DNA from: Cladosporium halotolerans | Lineage: Eukaryota | DNA: 64,000 nt | Reading direction: 5' to 3' | Assembly (NCBI RefSeq): GCF_011745625.1 | Contig: NW_027191472.1 | Location: 310,001 to 374,000 of the forward strand | In this document: positions 1 to 11,242 of the stretch, one piece after another | Layout: each line of letters starts with the position of its first letter | Position numbering within the stretch: position 1 is the stretch's first letter | The notes under the pieces: generated by a model | Databases searched by the model: none | What the model was told of the DNA's origin: nothing | The model's input: only the letters and a program-made list of their open reading frames with translations | Program-made: the position numbers and the translations under genes

Positions 1-1651
1 CCGGGACGTCACGACGCCGCTTTGATCGGGCATGCCGTCGCAGGGGCAATCTATTCCGCGTGGAGCGCATGACACGAGCGAGGGTGCGAGTGGCCCTTGT
101 GCCGCGCTCGCGCTACGGCGGCGCTGGCTGCCGACGGCCGCCGAAACGGTCTTGCATGCCGAATGATGGCGGGACATCTGCGATTCGATGGAGGATTTTT
201 GCGGACCAGCAGTCGATTGCGGCAGTCTGGCCGCGCTGCCTGCTGCGTGTTTGCGGGTCGCTTGTGAGGATGCAGGTGTGCTTTGAGCACATTTTTGTCT
301 GCGAGAGTGCACGCCGGCGTGGTTCGCCTGTGAGCGAAGGATGTAGTGTGCAGTTCTACATACATGTACTTACACATTAGGAGCGCTGCCCGTCGGCCTG
401 CCGTGAGCCCTGGCTCGCGTGGGCTAGTCTGTCAGGCGAGACGAGGTGCGGACCCCGCGCCTGTTTCACTTGTCGACTCGATCCGCCTGCGACGACTCGC
501 CGGCGCGTGCTGTTCCGGCGCCTGCGAGCTGCCCTTTTGCGCCGCCGCGCGTGATGTCGTCCCCGCCGGCATGCTGTCCCTTCTGCCGTCAGACGCCAGA
601 CGCAGCAGCACGTATATGTACGGTATGCATTGCCCGCGCAGGTGTGGCCCTGCAGGCTGCGGGTGATGGATGGCAGTGCGATGGCGCGCCCTCCCCGGAC
701 CGCCAGTGGGCCGCCGATCCACGCCTGAGCTGCTCACGCCCGAGCTTGCCCACACCACCACGCCCCGTGTGCGATGTGCGCATTTCGCTGCCCACAGCCT
801 CGCCGGCCTGCATCCAGCTGTGCTTTGTAGGAGCGTATGTTGCGATCGGTGACGGGGCAATAACAGCAATATAACACACCTTCTCAGGCTGGCCTCCAAA
901 TTGTTCCGTGCGGTGCCGCCGCCGCCTGGCGCACAGCATCATCGCACCAACCCAGGCCAGACCAGGTCAGCGCCGAGCAGCCCACGCAGCCCACGCAGCC
1001 CTCCCTCGAATCTCGGTTGCGGGCAGATTCACGCGAGAGGTCATCGCCAGATTCGTCACCGCGCGCCCTCCCCCAACAAGCTTCACCTCGTCCCAGCACG
1101 GGGTGACCGTAAGTGCGACGAACTCCACGCCCGCACCTCCTGCTCTGCCTTATTATAACATTAAGCAATCGCCCGCGGCTCCTTGTCGCAGCGCCGGAGC
1201 GCCCACGCGGCTTCTTCCGGGGGGGAAACAGGCCGTCCGTCCCATGCAGTGTTGGCGCAGCCCGTCATTCTGCCTGCATCCTTGACACAGACTCTCCCGT
1301 TGGGCGACTGGCTCGCAAACAGCTGCGAGCGCGTGAACCATACCGCTGGGTCGCCGCCGTCGCAACAAGTAATCGCCGTGCTGCTGCCCACAATGCTTCC
1401 ACGCCGCTCCGCTCCACCCGCTCCATCTCTCTCGCGCCTTTTCGCCCGCGACGACCGCGCGTTGTCTGCTCGTGCTGGGCTGTGCGTGTGTGAAGAGTAT
1501 TTCGGAAGGCTGAAGGTTTTCTGAATAAGTGTCGTGACTTACTGAAGGGTCGGTATCCGCGGGACCATACAGACGCAGCGTTGAGACCTCGACTAAGCGT
1601 TCTCGTAGGTGAACGCTTGACACCGCTCGAAAATCCCCAAGCTTTGACACG

Positions 1652-3901
1652 ATGTCGACGTTGGCAGCTCTGTTGTCGCAACACCAGACCCCGAATCTAC
1701 CCACCAGAAAAGGACTCATCCTGACCGGCCTGCAACACGACTTCCTGTCACCCGACGGCAAGCTTCCCGTCAGCAATCTTAACTCAGGCTTCCTCGACCG
1801 CACCAAATCGCTCATCCAACAGTTTCGAGGGCACGGTGACATTATCTGGATCCGTACAGAGACAGAAGCCTCGAAGAGCCCGACTGACCTGGATGAGGAC
1901 TCTTGCAGTATCATCACGTCTCTGACACAGCACGACCGCGCGGGTTCTGGGGAGAGCTCGGACGATCATGCCTCTGCATCGGACTCAAGCCCTCCTTCAA
2001 GGAAACGTAAGCCAGGTAATGGCCGGTCTTCTCGCAGCGGTGGTTCAGACGCGTCGAAACGAAAGCAACACAAAGCTTCGCACGACGAGGCGTCGTCGGC
2101 CGCGGCTTCTTCAACACAAATCGACGAAGAGCAATTCTTGACGCGTACCGCCATTCGAGATGCATGTTTCATCAGAGGCACCGTCGGTGCAGACTTTGCT
2201 GCAGAAGTGAAAGCTTCTGTCCAGCCGACCGATCTGCAGGTCATCAAGAGCTACTACTCGGCTTTCAGCTCCACGTCACTACTTCTCACGTTAAGGACAA
2301 AGCTTATCACCGAGCTTTACGTCTGTGGCGCTATGACTAACTTGAACGTCTATGCAACGTCGATGGATGCTGCGCGATACGGTATCAAGATCACGATTGT
2401 CGAGGATTGTCTGGGTTACCGGATCAAAGAGCGGCACGACCTTGCCATCAAACGTCTCGTCGACATCATGGATGCCAGCGTTGCGACGAGCGACGAAGTC
2501 GTTGCAGACATCGGAGGAAGTAGGAGGCCAGCGGGGCTCAGCAGTAAGCAACCATCAGCCAGCTTCAAAATCCCAGAAACAGACGACGACGTCGCTGCCG
2601 GAATGCTCGAGGCCGCAAGCAGCGAAGAGGAAGAAGATGACGACCTGTTCTCCGTAGGTGCTTCTCCTTACAAGTCTCTCAATCACAAGCCGTTGGAGAT
2701 TCGGGGAGGCAGACCCAAGGGCAAGCACTTACAAGCCGGTGACACAGGATCCGAGGGCGGGCCTGCCCCTCAACATCCGCAACTTCAGCGCCATGCACTT
2801 GCAACACCGGTCGCAAGGCATGACAGGTCCCGCCAACAGAGCCAGGACCTTGTCCAACGTGCAGAGGAGGGCCAGGGCAAAGCCGTCAAGCCCTCGAGAG
2901 GACAAGCCTCAAGTCAGCCGCGCATAGTCCCAGAAAGTCAGCCAGATGAGCTCGCCTCGCGACCTTCTCATCAACCGACCCCTTCAAATAACCGCACAAA
3001 ACGGCCCCGCCAACCACCAATCCCGCCCATCATCTCTCGTCCCTCTAGCCAACCCCTCTTCGGCCCCGGCACCGAACTCGAAAGCCAAACATCTAGCCTC
3101 AACTACGACCTCCTCCCACCCGACCGCCTCGACAACCTCTTCCACAACCTCAAAGCCGAAGTCAACTGGCAACACATGTACCACCAAACCGGCGAAGTCC
3201 CCCGCCTCGTCTGCTGCCAAGGCACCATCGACCCCGTCGACGGCTCCAAGCCCGTCTACCGCCACCCAGCAGACTCCACTCTCCCCTTACTCCCTTGGTC
3301 TCCCGCCGTCGACGAAATCCGCCGCGCCGCCGAGCGCCTCGCAGGCCACGAGCTCAACCACGCCCTGATCCAACTCTACCGCGCCCCCGCCACGGATTTC
3401 ATCACAGAACACTCCGACAAGACCCTCGACATCCACCCCGACAGCTTCATCGTCAACGCCTCCTTCGGCGCCGAGCGCGTCATGCGCCTGCGCTCCAAGC
3501 GCTCCTCCCCACAATCCGAGACCAAAGACCGCTCGACCCACCGCCTCCGCCTCCCCCACAACTCCGCCCTGCTCATGTCCCTCCCCACCAACGCCCGCTT
3601 CTTACACGGCATCCAGCCCGACAAGCGCGCGGAGGCCGAGCGCAGCGCGGCTGAGAGGGCCTATGAGGGCCAGAGGATCAGTCTTACCTTCCGCCGCATC
3701 GCGACGTTCTTGGACGCTGGGGAGGGGTGGATTTGGGGGCAGGGGGCGCGGGGGAAGGGGAGGGAGGAGAGGGGAAGGGTTTGTGGGGAGGAAGGGGAGA
3801 GGGAGAGGTTGTTGAGGGGGTTTGGGATGGAGAATGCGAGTGCGGTGAGGGAGTGGGGGGTTTGGTATGGAGATGGGAGTGATGTTTTGCATTTGAAGTG
3901 A
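1652..3901 (+). CDS. Isochorismatase (cysteine hydrolase)-family / AlkB-like 2OG-Fe(II) dioxygenase fusion protein, 749 aa
   Basis: N-terminal LILTGLQHDF...IKSYYSAF...LYVCGAMTNLNVYATSMDAARYG is isochorismatase-like. C-terminal NHALIQLY, EHSDKTLD (HxD), LHGI and RISLTFR form the AlkB-type 2OG-Fe(II) signature. Single long ORF. Confidence 0.88.
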   Translation: MSTLAALLSQHQTPNLPTRKGLILTGLQHDFLSPDGKLPVSNLNSGFLDRTKSLIQQFRGHGDIIWIRTETEASKSPTDLDEDSCSIITSLTQHDRAGSGESSDDHASASDSSPPSRKRKPGNGRSSRSGGSDASKRKQHKASHDEASSAAASSTQIDEEQFLTRTAIRDACFIRGTVGADFAAEVKASVQPTDLQVIKSYYSAFSSTSLLLTLRTKLITELYVCGAMTNLNVYATSMDAARYGIKITIVEDCLGYRIKERHDLAIKRLVDIMDASVATSDEVVADIGGSRRPAGLSSKQPSASFKIPETDDDVAAGMLEAASSEEEEDDDLFSVGASPYKSLNHKPLEIRGGRPKGKHLQAGDTGSEGGPAPQHPQLQRHALATPVARHDRSRQQSQDLVQRAEEGQGKAVKPSRGQASSQPRIVPESQPDELASRPSHQPTPSNNRTKRPRQPPIPPIISRPSSQPLFGPGTELESQTSSLNYDLLPPDRLDNLFHNLKAEVNWQHMYHQTGEVPRLVCCQGTIDPVDGSKPVYRHPADSTLPLLPWSPAVDEIRRAAERLAGHELNHALIQLYRAPATDFITEHSDKTLDIHPDSFIVNASFGAERVMRLRSKRSSPQSETKDRSTHRLRLPHNSALLMSLPTNARFLHGIQPDKRAEAERSAAERAYEGQRISLTFRRIATFLDAGEGWIWGQGARGKGREERGRVCGEEGERERLLRGFGMENASAVREWGVWYGDGSDVLHLK

Positions 3902-4617
3902 GGGTGGATGGTTTCGGATTGGTTGGATTTGTGGCGTGCGGGAGATTGGGATGGGTGGATTACTGTTCAGAAGTCTGAAGTTGGAAATGATAGGTAATGA
4001 TCTGAGAGGGCGTTCTCGGTAATGGTCTTGGTGCATGGGAGGATGTATGTTGGAAGGTTGAGTTGGAAATAACATGATCTGAGCAAAAGTTCTCAAAAAT
4101 ACTGCTTGTGCACGGGTGGATATGATTCTGTGAGATCTATCACATTGATTCCAGAGGTTTTCATGTCATTGCCATGGCCCATAAGCCTCTTTGGTAGTAC
4201 GAAGAGGACCCCGTGGAATCACACACCGGTAGACTGCAGGTGATGGCGCGCTGGTGCATGCATCGTGACGAGCTGCTGTGCTACTGACGGCGACATGGAT
4301 CTGACCTTGACCTACATAACGATGGCTTGGCCACCTTGATACGTGCATGAGAATGCATGATCATCTTCACTCGCCCATTCTACGTGGACTAAGGAGTTCA
4401 CATTTCGTGGTTGTCCAGCTCCGATTCGGCGAAGCTTCCCCAGATGTCCGCTTGCGGTCTCGCCGAAGTTCAGGTCAACTGAACCCAGTGCGACATCACT
4501 GGCACCAAAGCGAGCATTGGTACACTGCTACCTACATCTTCTCTCTTAATCACTCTTTCCTTCCATCTTGCGACTAGTCGCATCTTTCAACAGTCGACCG
4601 CTTCGACAACCAGCGAC

Positions 4618-6092
4618 ATGGATCGCAGCCTGGACGAAATCATATCTGAGCGCCCGGTACGACAAACAGAGAGAGACGCAGGCCAACGTCGATTGCCATA
4701 GCATTGTCGCTGACACCCACACAGCAGCGCGGCGGCGGTCGCAGATCAGACAGACGCGCTCCTCCCCCTCGAGGCCCGCGCAGAGACGAAGGCCCGCGCG
4801 ACGGCGTAAGAAAGGTACGACAGCCCGCAAGCCATTGGACCGCACCTGCTCACCCGCCGCCGAAGGTGCCGCTTCCCTTTACTCCTCTTTAAAACGATCC
4901 GATCCGATCCTCGCTCGTGCGCGCGCGACACACCCATGCGCTCCCGACCAGCGGCGGCGGCGGCGGACTCGAGAGACGACCAAACCAGCAAACGAATGCG
5001 AAACTGACCACGACCTCCGGGCTTGCAGAACCGACGCGATGACAGAGCCGATGTTGATGGGTGGGTTACTCTTGAGGCTTACTGGGAGGAGAGACGGAAG
5101 GCTGATGGGTGAACAGCGACTGGGTACACGATCGCTACGACGAAGACCGCTCTGGCCGACGCCGCGGCGGGTATGAAGATGACTACGAGTACGACAGGCG
5201 GGCACCCGCCAGGCGCGCGCCTGACGAGTAAGTTGGGATCGCGGACAATATGTTGGCAACAAGCTGACAGGATCCAGCGACACGGGCAAGATCCGCGTAG
5301 ACAACCTGCACTACGAGCTCACAGAAGACGACATCAGCGTGAGGACCACAAATACCCAAACACGACAACCCCATCTGACACGTACAATAGGAACTCTTCA
5401 ACCGCATCGGCCCCGTCCTCTCCGCCCGCCTCCTCTACGACCGCTCCGACCGCTCGCAAGGCACCGCCTTCGTAACCTACGAAGACCCGCGCGACGCCCG
5501 CGTCGCCGTGCGCGAATTCGACGGCGCCAACGCCAACGGCCAGCCCATCCGCCTGACACAACTGCACGGCAACAGCCGCCGCGGCGGCGCCGAGGGCGGC
5601 TCGCTCTTCGACCGCATCGAGAAGCCCAGCAGGAGCATGTTCGAGCGCATCGATAGCAGCGACGACGTCGGCGCGCCGAGGAGAAGGGGCGGAGGAGGCC
5701 GCCGCGACGACCGCAGTTTCAGCCCGAGGAAGGGCCTGCGCGCCGACGATGCTGGAGACCGCTACGCGCGCGATTCGAGGTCGCCTTTGCCTGGGCGTCG
5801 TGCGCCGCGGGAGCGTGGTGGTCGCAGACCTGGTGTGAGGAGGGAGGAGAATGCGCGTGGTGGTGGCAGGGGAGGCAAGAAGGGCGAGGGCAGACCGGGT
5901 GCTAGGCCTAAGAAGACGGCTGAGGAGCTGGATGCTGAGATGGAGGATTACTTTGGCGGCGGTGGTGGCGGAAATGGCGCTGAGCACAACGAGTCCGCGC
6001 AGCAGCAGCAGTCAAATGGCGGCGGAGCTGCTGCTCCTGCTGCGGCGGCTCCTGCGGCTGTGGGCGACGACGACATCGATATGATCGAGTAA
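4618..6092 (+). CDS. Yra1/ALYREF-family RRM mRNA export adaptor-like protein (6 exons)
   Basis: Manually spliced in frame: 4618-4656, 4725(or 4728)-4814, 5029-5060, 5117-5227, 5278-5338, 5391-6092, all GT-AG. N-terminal MDRSLDEII box, WVHDRY, RRM (KIRVDNLHYELTEDDI...SQGTAFVTY...EFDGANANGQPIRL), RGG-rich tail and C-terminal KKTAEELDAEMEDYF box. Confidence 0.88.
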
Positions 6093-6310
6093 AGAAGTTT
6101 ACCCTCGCAAGAGAGGAAAGAGGGGAAAAAACCGGTCTGTAAGAATATGTCTTTGCGTCGTTGAGAAATTGCATTATAAACCTAGGGTATCCGAAAATGC
6201 CACTCGAGACGCCACGCTAGATCAACATGTGTGCCAGAACCAACTCCATGCCATGCAATGCAGAAATCCAGCCAAATATTACGAAAAGCCGAAATGCCAA
6301 GTGTGTCTGC

Positions 6311-8422
6311 TCAAACAGCTTTTCTGCTCCTCCGCTTGCTCTTCGCCTCACTCGAATCCTGTTTCACTTCGTCCTGAGGACCTTCTTGCTGCAGCGCGAG
6401 CCCCTCAAACTTTCCCACCAACTCATCACCTTCCTCCTCAAACACCTCAAACTCCCCCTCCTCCCCAACAACATCCCCAACCGCCAACCACCCCTCCTCA
6501 ACCGCCCACGCAACCAACTCCCCCGCCCGCCCCAAACTCCCCTCAGACCCCAGCACCCCCGGATCCAACGCCTCCTGCACCGCCAGCAGCGCATCTTCCA
6601 GCTCCCGCGCCCTCTTCCACCGCGCGTGCGCCTCAGGCTTCGATTTCTTCGACGGGCACCGAGAACTCGACGGCCACGCCATCTGCTCCAGCAGCATGTA
6701 GAGCACGTAGTGCAGCCAGCAGAGGTTCGTGAGCGGGTGGAACTGCGCCCAGGTGCGGGCTGTGCTGCGCTCGAGGGCCGCCATTTGCTCTGCGCTGGGC
6801 GGGTCGGGGTCGCCGGGGAAGGTGGCGTAGGGCGTCGAGTGGTAGATGCTGCCGCGCATGTAGCGGTAGATTTCGTATTGGTATTCTTCGGTGCTGTCGC
6901 CGTAGAAGAGGTGTGGGTCGTTGGCGAGGTCGATGTAGGCTACTTGGGAGTTGGTGGGGTTGTTGGATGGTGAAGGGGAGGTTGGGTCGGAGGAGGAGGC
7001 GACCATGGAGGCGCGCGAGATGGTGTAGTCGATCAGGGTCGATTCGAAGCCGGTGAAGCCGAGGGTTTTGGAGGGGTCGATGGTGGAGTCCTCGAGGGGC
7101 TTGCCGTCGGCGATCGGCGTGCGCACGCAAATATTTCCCAGGTGTAGGTCGCGGTGCTCGAACTCTGCTTCCCCTTCGCCCTTGGCCAGCGCCAGCACGA
7201 CTTGCCAGAAGACATCCCAGACAACCCAGATGCTGCTGCTGACGCCCTGTGTCACGAGCTTCTCGAGATCTGTGCCGGCGTCTTGCATTTCGATCACGGC
7301 CCACAGCTGGTCGGGCGAGTAGCTCGCTTTCTTGGCCGGGTCTGGGAAGATGCTAAGTTCCTTCTTCGCGGCTTTCTGTGCAGCGTTGAAAGCTTTGAAT
7401 GCGGATGCGAAAGGTGGAGGGGGGCTGCCTTTGAGCACTCTGAGGTCGCGGAAATTTGTGAACCCAGGGATATCTGAGAGGCGCTGAAGGAGCTTCAGCT
7501 CGCTCGCGACGTCGGCGGGCTTGGACATGTTCTCTGCCTTTTCGAGGGCTCGCTCACGATCACGCTTGCCTTTTGGTAAGGTCTCGGCGGGTGGTGTCAG
7601 AGCGATGACTTTCAGGACTGATTCGTCGTTTCGCGAAAGAGGGAGGTCGGCGTCTGCTGCGGCTTCCGGTTGGAGAGATAGGCGGTAGACTTCTCCAAAG
7701 GAGGCTTCTGCGATCTTGACCAGAGAGAAGTCCTCTTGAAGTCCGTCGGCCCAGTCCGAGAAGGATGAGACAGGATAGGCGGTTAGTTCCAGTAGCGATT
7801 CACAATGCATGCTGTAGCAGTCAGGAGCCTCAAGAGTTGTGTAGTCAGCCGTGGTCTGACCCGTCGTCGTGAGGGCAGCGAATGCAGATGTGAGATCGTC
7901 GGTCGTTTGGCTCGAAGCCTTGGTTTCGTATCTCTCAGCTTCTTCACTGTGGCTAGTCGATTTTGCAGAGTCGTTTCGAATTGATGGTGGTTGACCTAGC
8001 TCTTGAGCGTCCTCAAGCTCCTGCTCATCGCTAGGTTTCTGGCTTTCTGGCAAAGGAATTCCCTCATGGTCCTGCCCCGACCTTTGCGATATCACCGATG
8101 TGCCCGTTTTCTTCTTATCTTTGCTCCCGTCGCTGCGCTTAGTCTTGCTCTTACTGGGCTTCTTGGCCTTCTTCTCCTTTGGCAGCTCAGCCTGCACCGC
8201 CGCATTGCCATTGATTTCGCCCAGAGCCTTCCTGTGCCGCATCGGAGAAATAGCATCTAGCTCTTGTGCTGTATTTGGTTCCTGTCGCGATTCTCCGTCA
8301 TCCTGCAATATGGGTATTGTTTCCAACTGCTTTCGCTTGCTGTTGTCCGGGCTGGCGAAAATGTTCGTGGTGGTGCATGCCGCGCGCGACTTTTTGCCGT
8401 AGACAGCCTGCTTCCGAGGCAT
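6311..8422 (-). CDS. Haspin-family Ser/Thr protein kinase
   Basis: KIAEASFGEVY, VLKVIAL, FEHRDLHLGNI, IDYTISRA (DYT in place of DFG), YQYEIYRYM and WAQFHPLTNLCWLHY are haspin hallmarks. Long low-complexity N-terminus. Confidence 0.92.
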   Translation of the reverse strand: MPRKQAVYGKKSRAACTTTNIFASPDNSKRKQLETIPILQDDGESRQEPNTAQELDAISPMRHRKALGEINGNAAVQAELPKEKKAKKPSKSKTKRSDGSKDKKKTGTSVISQRSGQDHEGIPLPESQKPSDEQELEDAQELGQPPSIRNDSAKSTSHSEEAERYETKASSQTTDDLTSAFAALTTTGQTTADYTTLEAPDCYSMHCESLLELTAYPVSSFSDWADGLQEDFSLVKIAEASFGEVYRLSLQPEAAADADLPLSRNDESVLKVIALTPPAETLPKGKRDRERALEKAENMSKPADVASELKLLQRLSDIPGFTNFRDLRVLKGSPPPPFASAFKAFNAAQKAAKKELSIFPDPAKKASYSPDQLWAVIEMQDAGTDLEKLVTQGVSSSIWVVWDVFWQVVLALAKGEGEAEFEHRDLHLGNICVRTPIADGKPLEDSTIDPSKTLGFTGFESTLIDYTISRASMVASSSDPTSPSPSNNPTNSQVAYIDLANDPHLFYGDSTEEYQYEIYRYMRGSIYHSTPYATFPGDPDPPSAEQMAALERSTARTWAQFHPLTNLCWLHYVLYMLLEQMAWPSSSRCPSKKSKPEAHARWKRARELEDALLAVQEALDPGVLGSEGSLGRAGELVAWAVEEGWLAVGDVVGEEGEFEVFEEEGDELVGKFEGLALQQEGPQDEVKQDSSEAKSKRRSRKAV

Positions 8423-8994
8423 TTTCTAAATAGTAGATCCTGAGGTTGCCGGCTTTGCTATCAAGACCGGATTGGTCGTAATGTCAAGAAAATAGCATTT
8501 TTGCATGCCTTTGGCGCACTGATTCCAAGCATGAGGTCACATTGTTGACCGCTGATCGCGCACAGCAACAGCCGGCGAGGGCCCGAGCTTCGAGCCCATG
8601 TTCGCAGGCAAGCCGAGAGACATCGCGTGTAAGGCAGATCATCGTTTCTCTGTCTACCTGATCAGCCGTATTTCAGACAATCTTGCGAGATGAACATCTG
8701 TTGAGTCTAGATTTCCAAATCGTGTTGTAGTGCTTCACAGTCTGAACGACCTTGGTCCAGCCAGTATCTTGCGTCCCTTATCAACTTGAAACCGACGAGC
8801 TAGCCGAATGCCAAGGGCAGACTCACTTCACACCTGTCCGTTTCTGGAATCCTGGCACCAATGCCATTGTTTTATATATTCTAAAAAAGTAAAAGCGGTA
8901 GTCTTAACACCTTATCATCCGTCCACCTCTTGAGGTCTCTTACATCTGGATCTGTGGTATCCGCGGCAGACTTCGACACGAGCAAACCAGCAAC

Positions 8995-10788
8995 ATGGCC
9001 CCGAAAGAGGCTAAGCCTCCCAAGGACTCTGGAAACACAGTCTCGACACCTCAGCAGGATGATAGTTTGTCATGGATGCCCCAAGGTCTTCGTGACATGG
9101 GCTTGTCAACATTTCTGATCGTGATGGCTGCCATTACTTCTCGCATCTCACAATTGTCACTTGCGCCGGTCTATGGAAGCATCCCTTCAAGTGTCAACCA
9201 CCAGGCAGCGATTGCGGCCTCTGCGCTCATCGGCTGGACCACGCAATGGTATTGGCGTCCCAGTGGAGGAGCGCCAGTGCAGTACCTCCCGATTTGGGCA
9301 GCATGCGCACCAGCGCTCACCTGTCTATCTTTCCAGTTCAGCGATAGCCTAGGACTCGTTTGGGGCCCCGTCGTAGGAGAATTTCTGAGCTGTCACTCTC
9401 TTGTCATTCCTCTGGTTTACGCGGCTGCCGCCAGCTATGATGGCCCGGATGTCAAGCAGACTTCATCTGGTCCGCTGGCACACCTCTTCTCCAGTGTCCC
9501 TTCGCTTGGCCTCTTTCTCGCCCTTGACTGGATGATGCCGGAGGTCGTGTCAAAGTTTATCGCGACCTGGTCTTTCCTCAACCCCTTCAATGCACACTTA
9601 ATTGTCGCGTTATATCTCGCACTCATGCTCACCGAACGCCGCGCAATCGCGGTCGCGACCATCTCGATCGCCACAGTCCTCGCCCTTGCCAGCCCCTACG
9701 GCAACAGCCCAATCTCAACCACGATCCTTAATAATACACTAAACTCTCAAGACTGGACTCTCCTCGCCCGCCAATGGAGCAACACCGGCTATCTGAGTGT
9801 GCTCGAGAACACCAACGCCAACTACCGCGTCATGCGATGCGATCACAGTCTCCTCGGTGGCGAGTGGCAACTCACTGCTCAACGCCGCAATCAGGGCTGG
9901 AAGATCTCAGAATCCATTTATGCAGCCTTCCACATGCTCGAAGCTGTGCGTTTGATGGATGTCGAGCCTCAAATTCCCGACTCCGAAGCGCAAGCCCTTA
10001 TCATCGGCCTGGGCATCGGCACCGCGCCCAAAGCCTTCATCGAGCACGGCATCAACACCACCATCGTCGAGCTCGACCCCGTCGTCCACCAGCTTGCGAC
10101 CGACTACTTCTCCCTACCAAACAAACACACGCCCGTCCTCACCGACGCCATCGCCTGGGTCCACTCGCAAGCCCACCCCAGCCTCCCAGAAGAAGATTCC
10201 GACGGATCCAACGCCACACCAGACCCCATCCAGGTCCCCGAAATCAAACAATACGACTACATAATCCACGACGTCTTCACCGGCGGCGCCGAGCCCCTCC
10301 CGCTCTTCACAGCCTCCTTCCTCGCCTCCCTGCGCTCCCTGCTCAAACCTAACGGCGTCGCAGCCCTCAACTACGCCGGCGATCTTACCCTGCCGCTGAC
10401 CGCCAAAGTCCTCAATACCATCGACCGCGCGTTCGACGGCCACTGCGCGCTCTACCGCGACAGCGCGCCACCCAAATCGTCTTCCCCCTCAGAGCCGGTC
10501 GACACTTTCGCGAACTACATCGTTTTCTGCCGAAATGCCCTCGGGCCCGTGACTTTCAGGCAGCCGACGGCGGCGGATTTCTTGGACAGTATTAGCAGGC
10601 GGCAGCACCTTTATCCTCGCCCGGAGTTTGCGGTGGAGTTCCCGCTGAGGGGTAAGGAGGGCGCGGAGAAGGAGGTGCTGCGCGATGAGGAGGTGGGCGA
10701 GTGGAAGCGGGAGCAGGAGGAGAGCGCCAAGAGGCATTGGGGGATTATGAGGGTTGTTATGCCGGGGAGGATTTGGGGAATGTATTAA
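8995..10788 (+). CDS. Membrane-anchored spermidine-synthase-like SAM-dependent methyltransferase
   Basis: Multiple N-terminal TM segments followed by YRVMRCDHSLLGGEW, ALIIGLGIGT (SAM motif I), IVELDPVV and YDYIIHDVFTGG. Confidence 0.85.
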   Translation: MAPKEAKPPKDSGNTVSTPQQDDSLSWMPQGLRDMGLSTFLIVMAAITSRISQLSLAPVYGSIPSSVNHQAAIAASALIGWTTQWYWRPSGGAPVQYLPIWAACAPALTCLSFQFSDSLGLVWGPVVGEFLSCHSLVIPLVYAAAASYDGPDVKQTSSGPLAHLFSSVPSLGLFLALDWMMPEVVSKFIATWSFLNPFNAHLIVALYLALMLTERRAIAVATISIATVLALASPYGNSPISTTILNNTLNSQDWTLLARQWSNTGYLSVLENTNANYRVMRCDHSLLGGEWQLTAQRRNQGWKISESIYAAFHMLEAVRLMDVEPQIPDSEAQALIIGLGIGTAPKAFIEHGINTTIVELDPVVHQLATDYFSLPNKHTPVLTDAIAWVHSQAHPSLPEEDSDGSNATPDPIQVPEIKQYDYIIHDVFTGGAEPLPLFTASFLASLRSLLKPNGVAALNYAGDLTLPLTAKVLNTIDRAFDGHCALYRDSAPPKSSSPSEPVDTFANYIVFCRNALGPVTFRQPTAADFLDSISRRQHLYPRPEFAVEFPLRGKEGAEKEVLRDEEVGEWKREQEESAKRHWGIMRVVMPGRIWGMY

Positions 10789-11242
10789 GGGGGAGCAAAA
10801 TTTAATTTCGATTCCTTTGATTGGGGGAAGAGGTGGATGAAAAGGTCAGATTCGCTTGCTTCGTGCACATCTGTGAGGCAGCTTGGGAGCTGCGGCTTCA
10901 TGGACTACAACGGGTTAGCTATCCCTTAGAAGCCTGGCTGCAGGCCTCTTCTGGATTATGTTTCCTTCCGCTTAGCAGCACTTCGATTGTCATTTCATTC
11001 CTGACATTCGCGCAAATCGCAGAATTTGGGCTGAAACCCGCCTGGAAGATGTGTCTCAAGCTGCTGCCCTGGATCGCAGGATACCCCACGAGAACGCCTC
11101 GCCCCTGTATTAGTCCGCAGTCAAACTTCATGCGGTGAGGCCCTCGCCATCAAGGCCTTAGAACTCGCAGAATCGATCACCCCGAGCGCCATGAAACCAT
11201 TCTATCAGCAGAAAAGAGAAGGTCCCCCAACAACCAACCCTC

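Noticed and set aside
1..1650. Many short overlapping ORFs and small repeats (e.g. AGCCCACGC x2 near 979)
   Set aside because: GC-rich intergenic or UTR sequence with no coding bias or recognisable domain.
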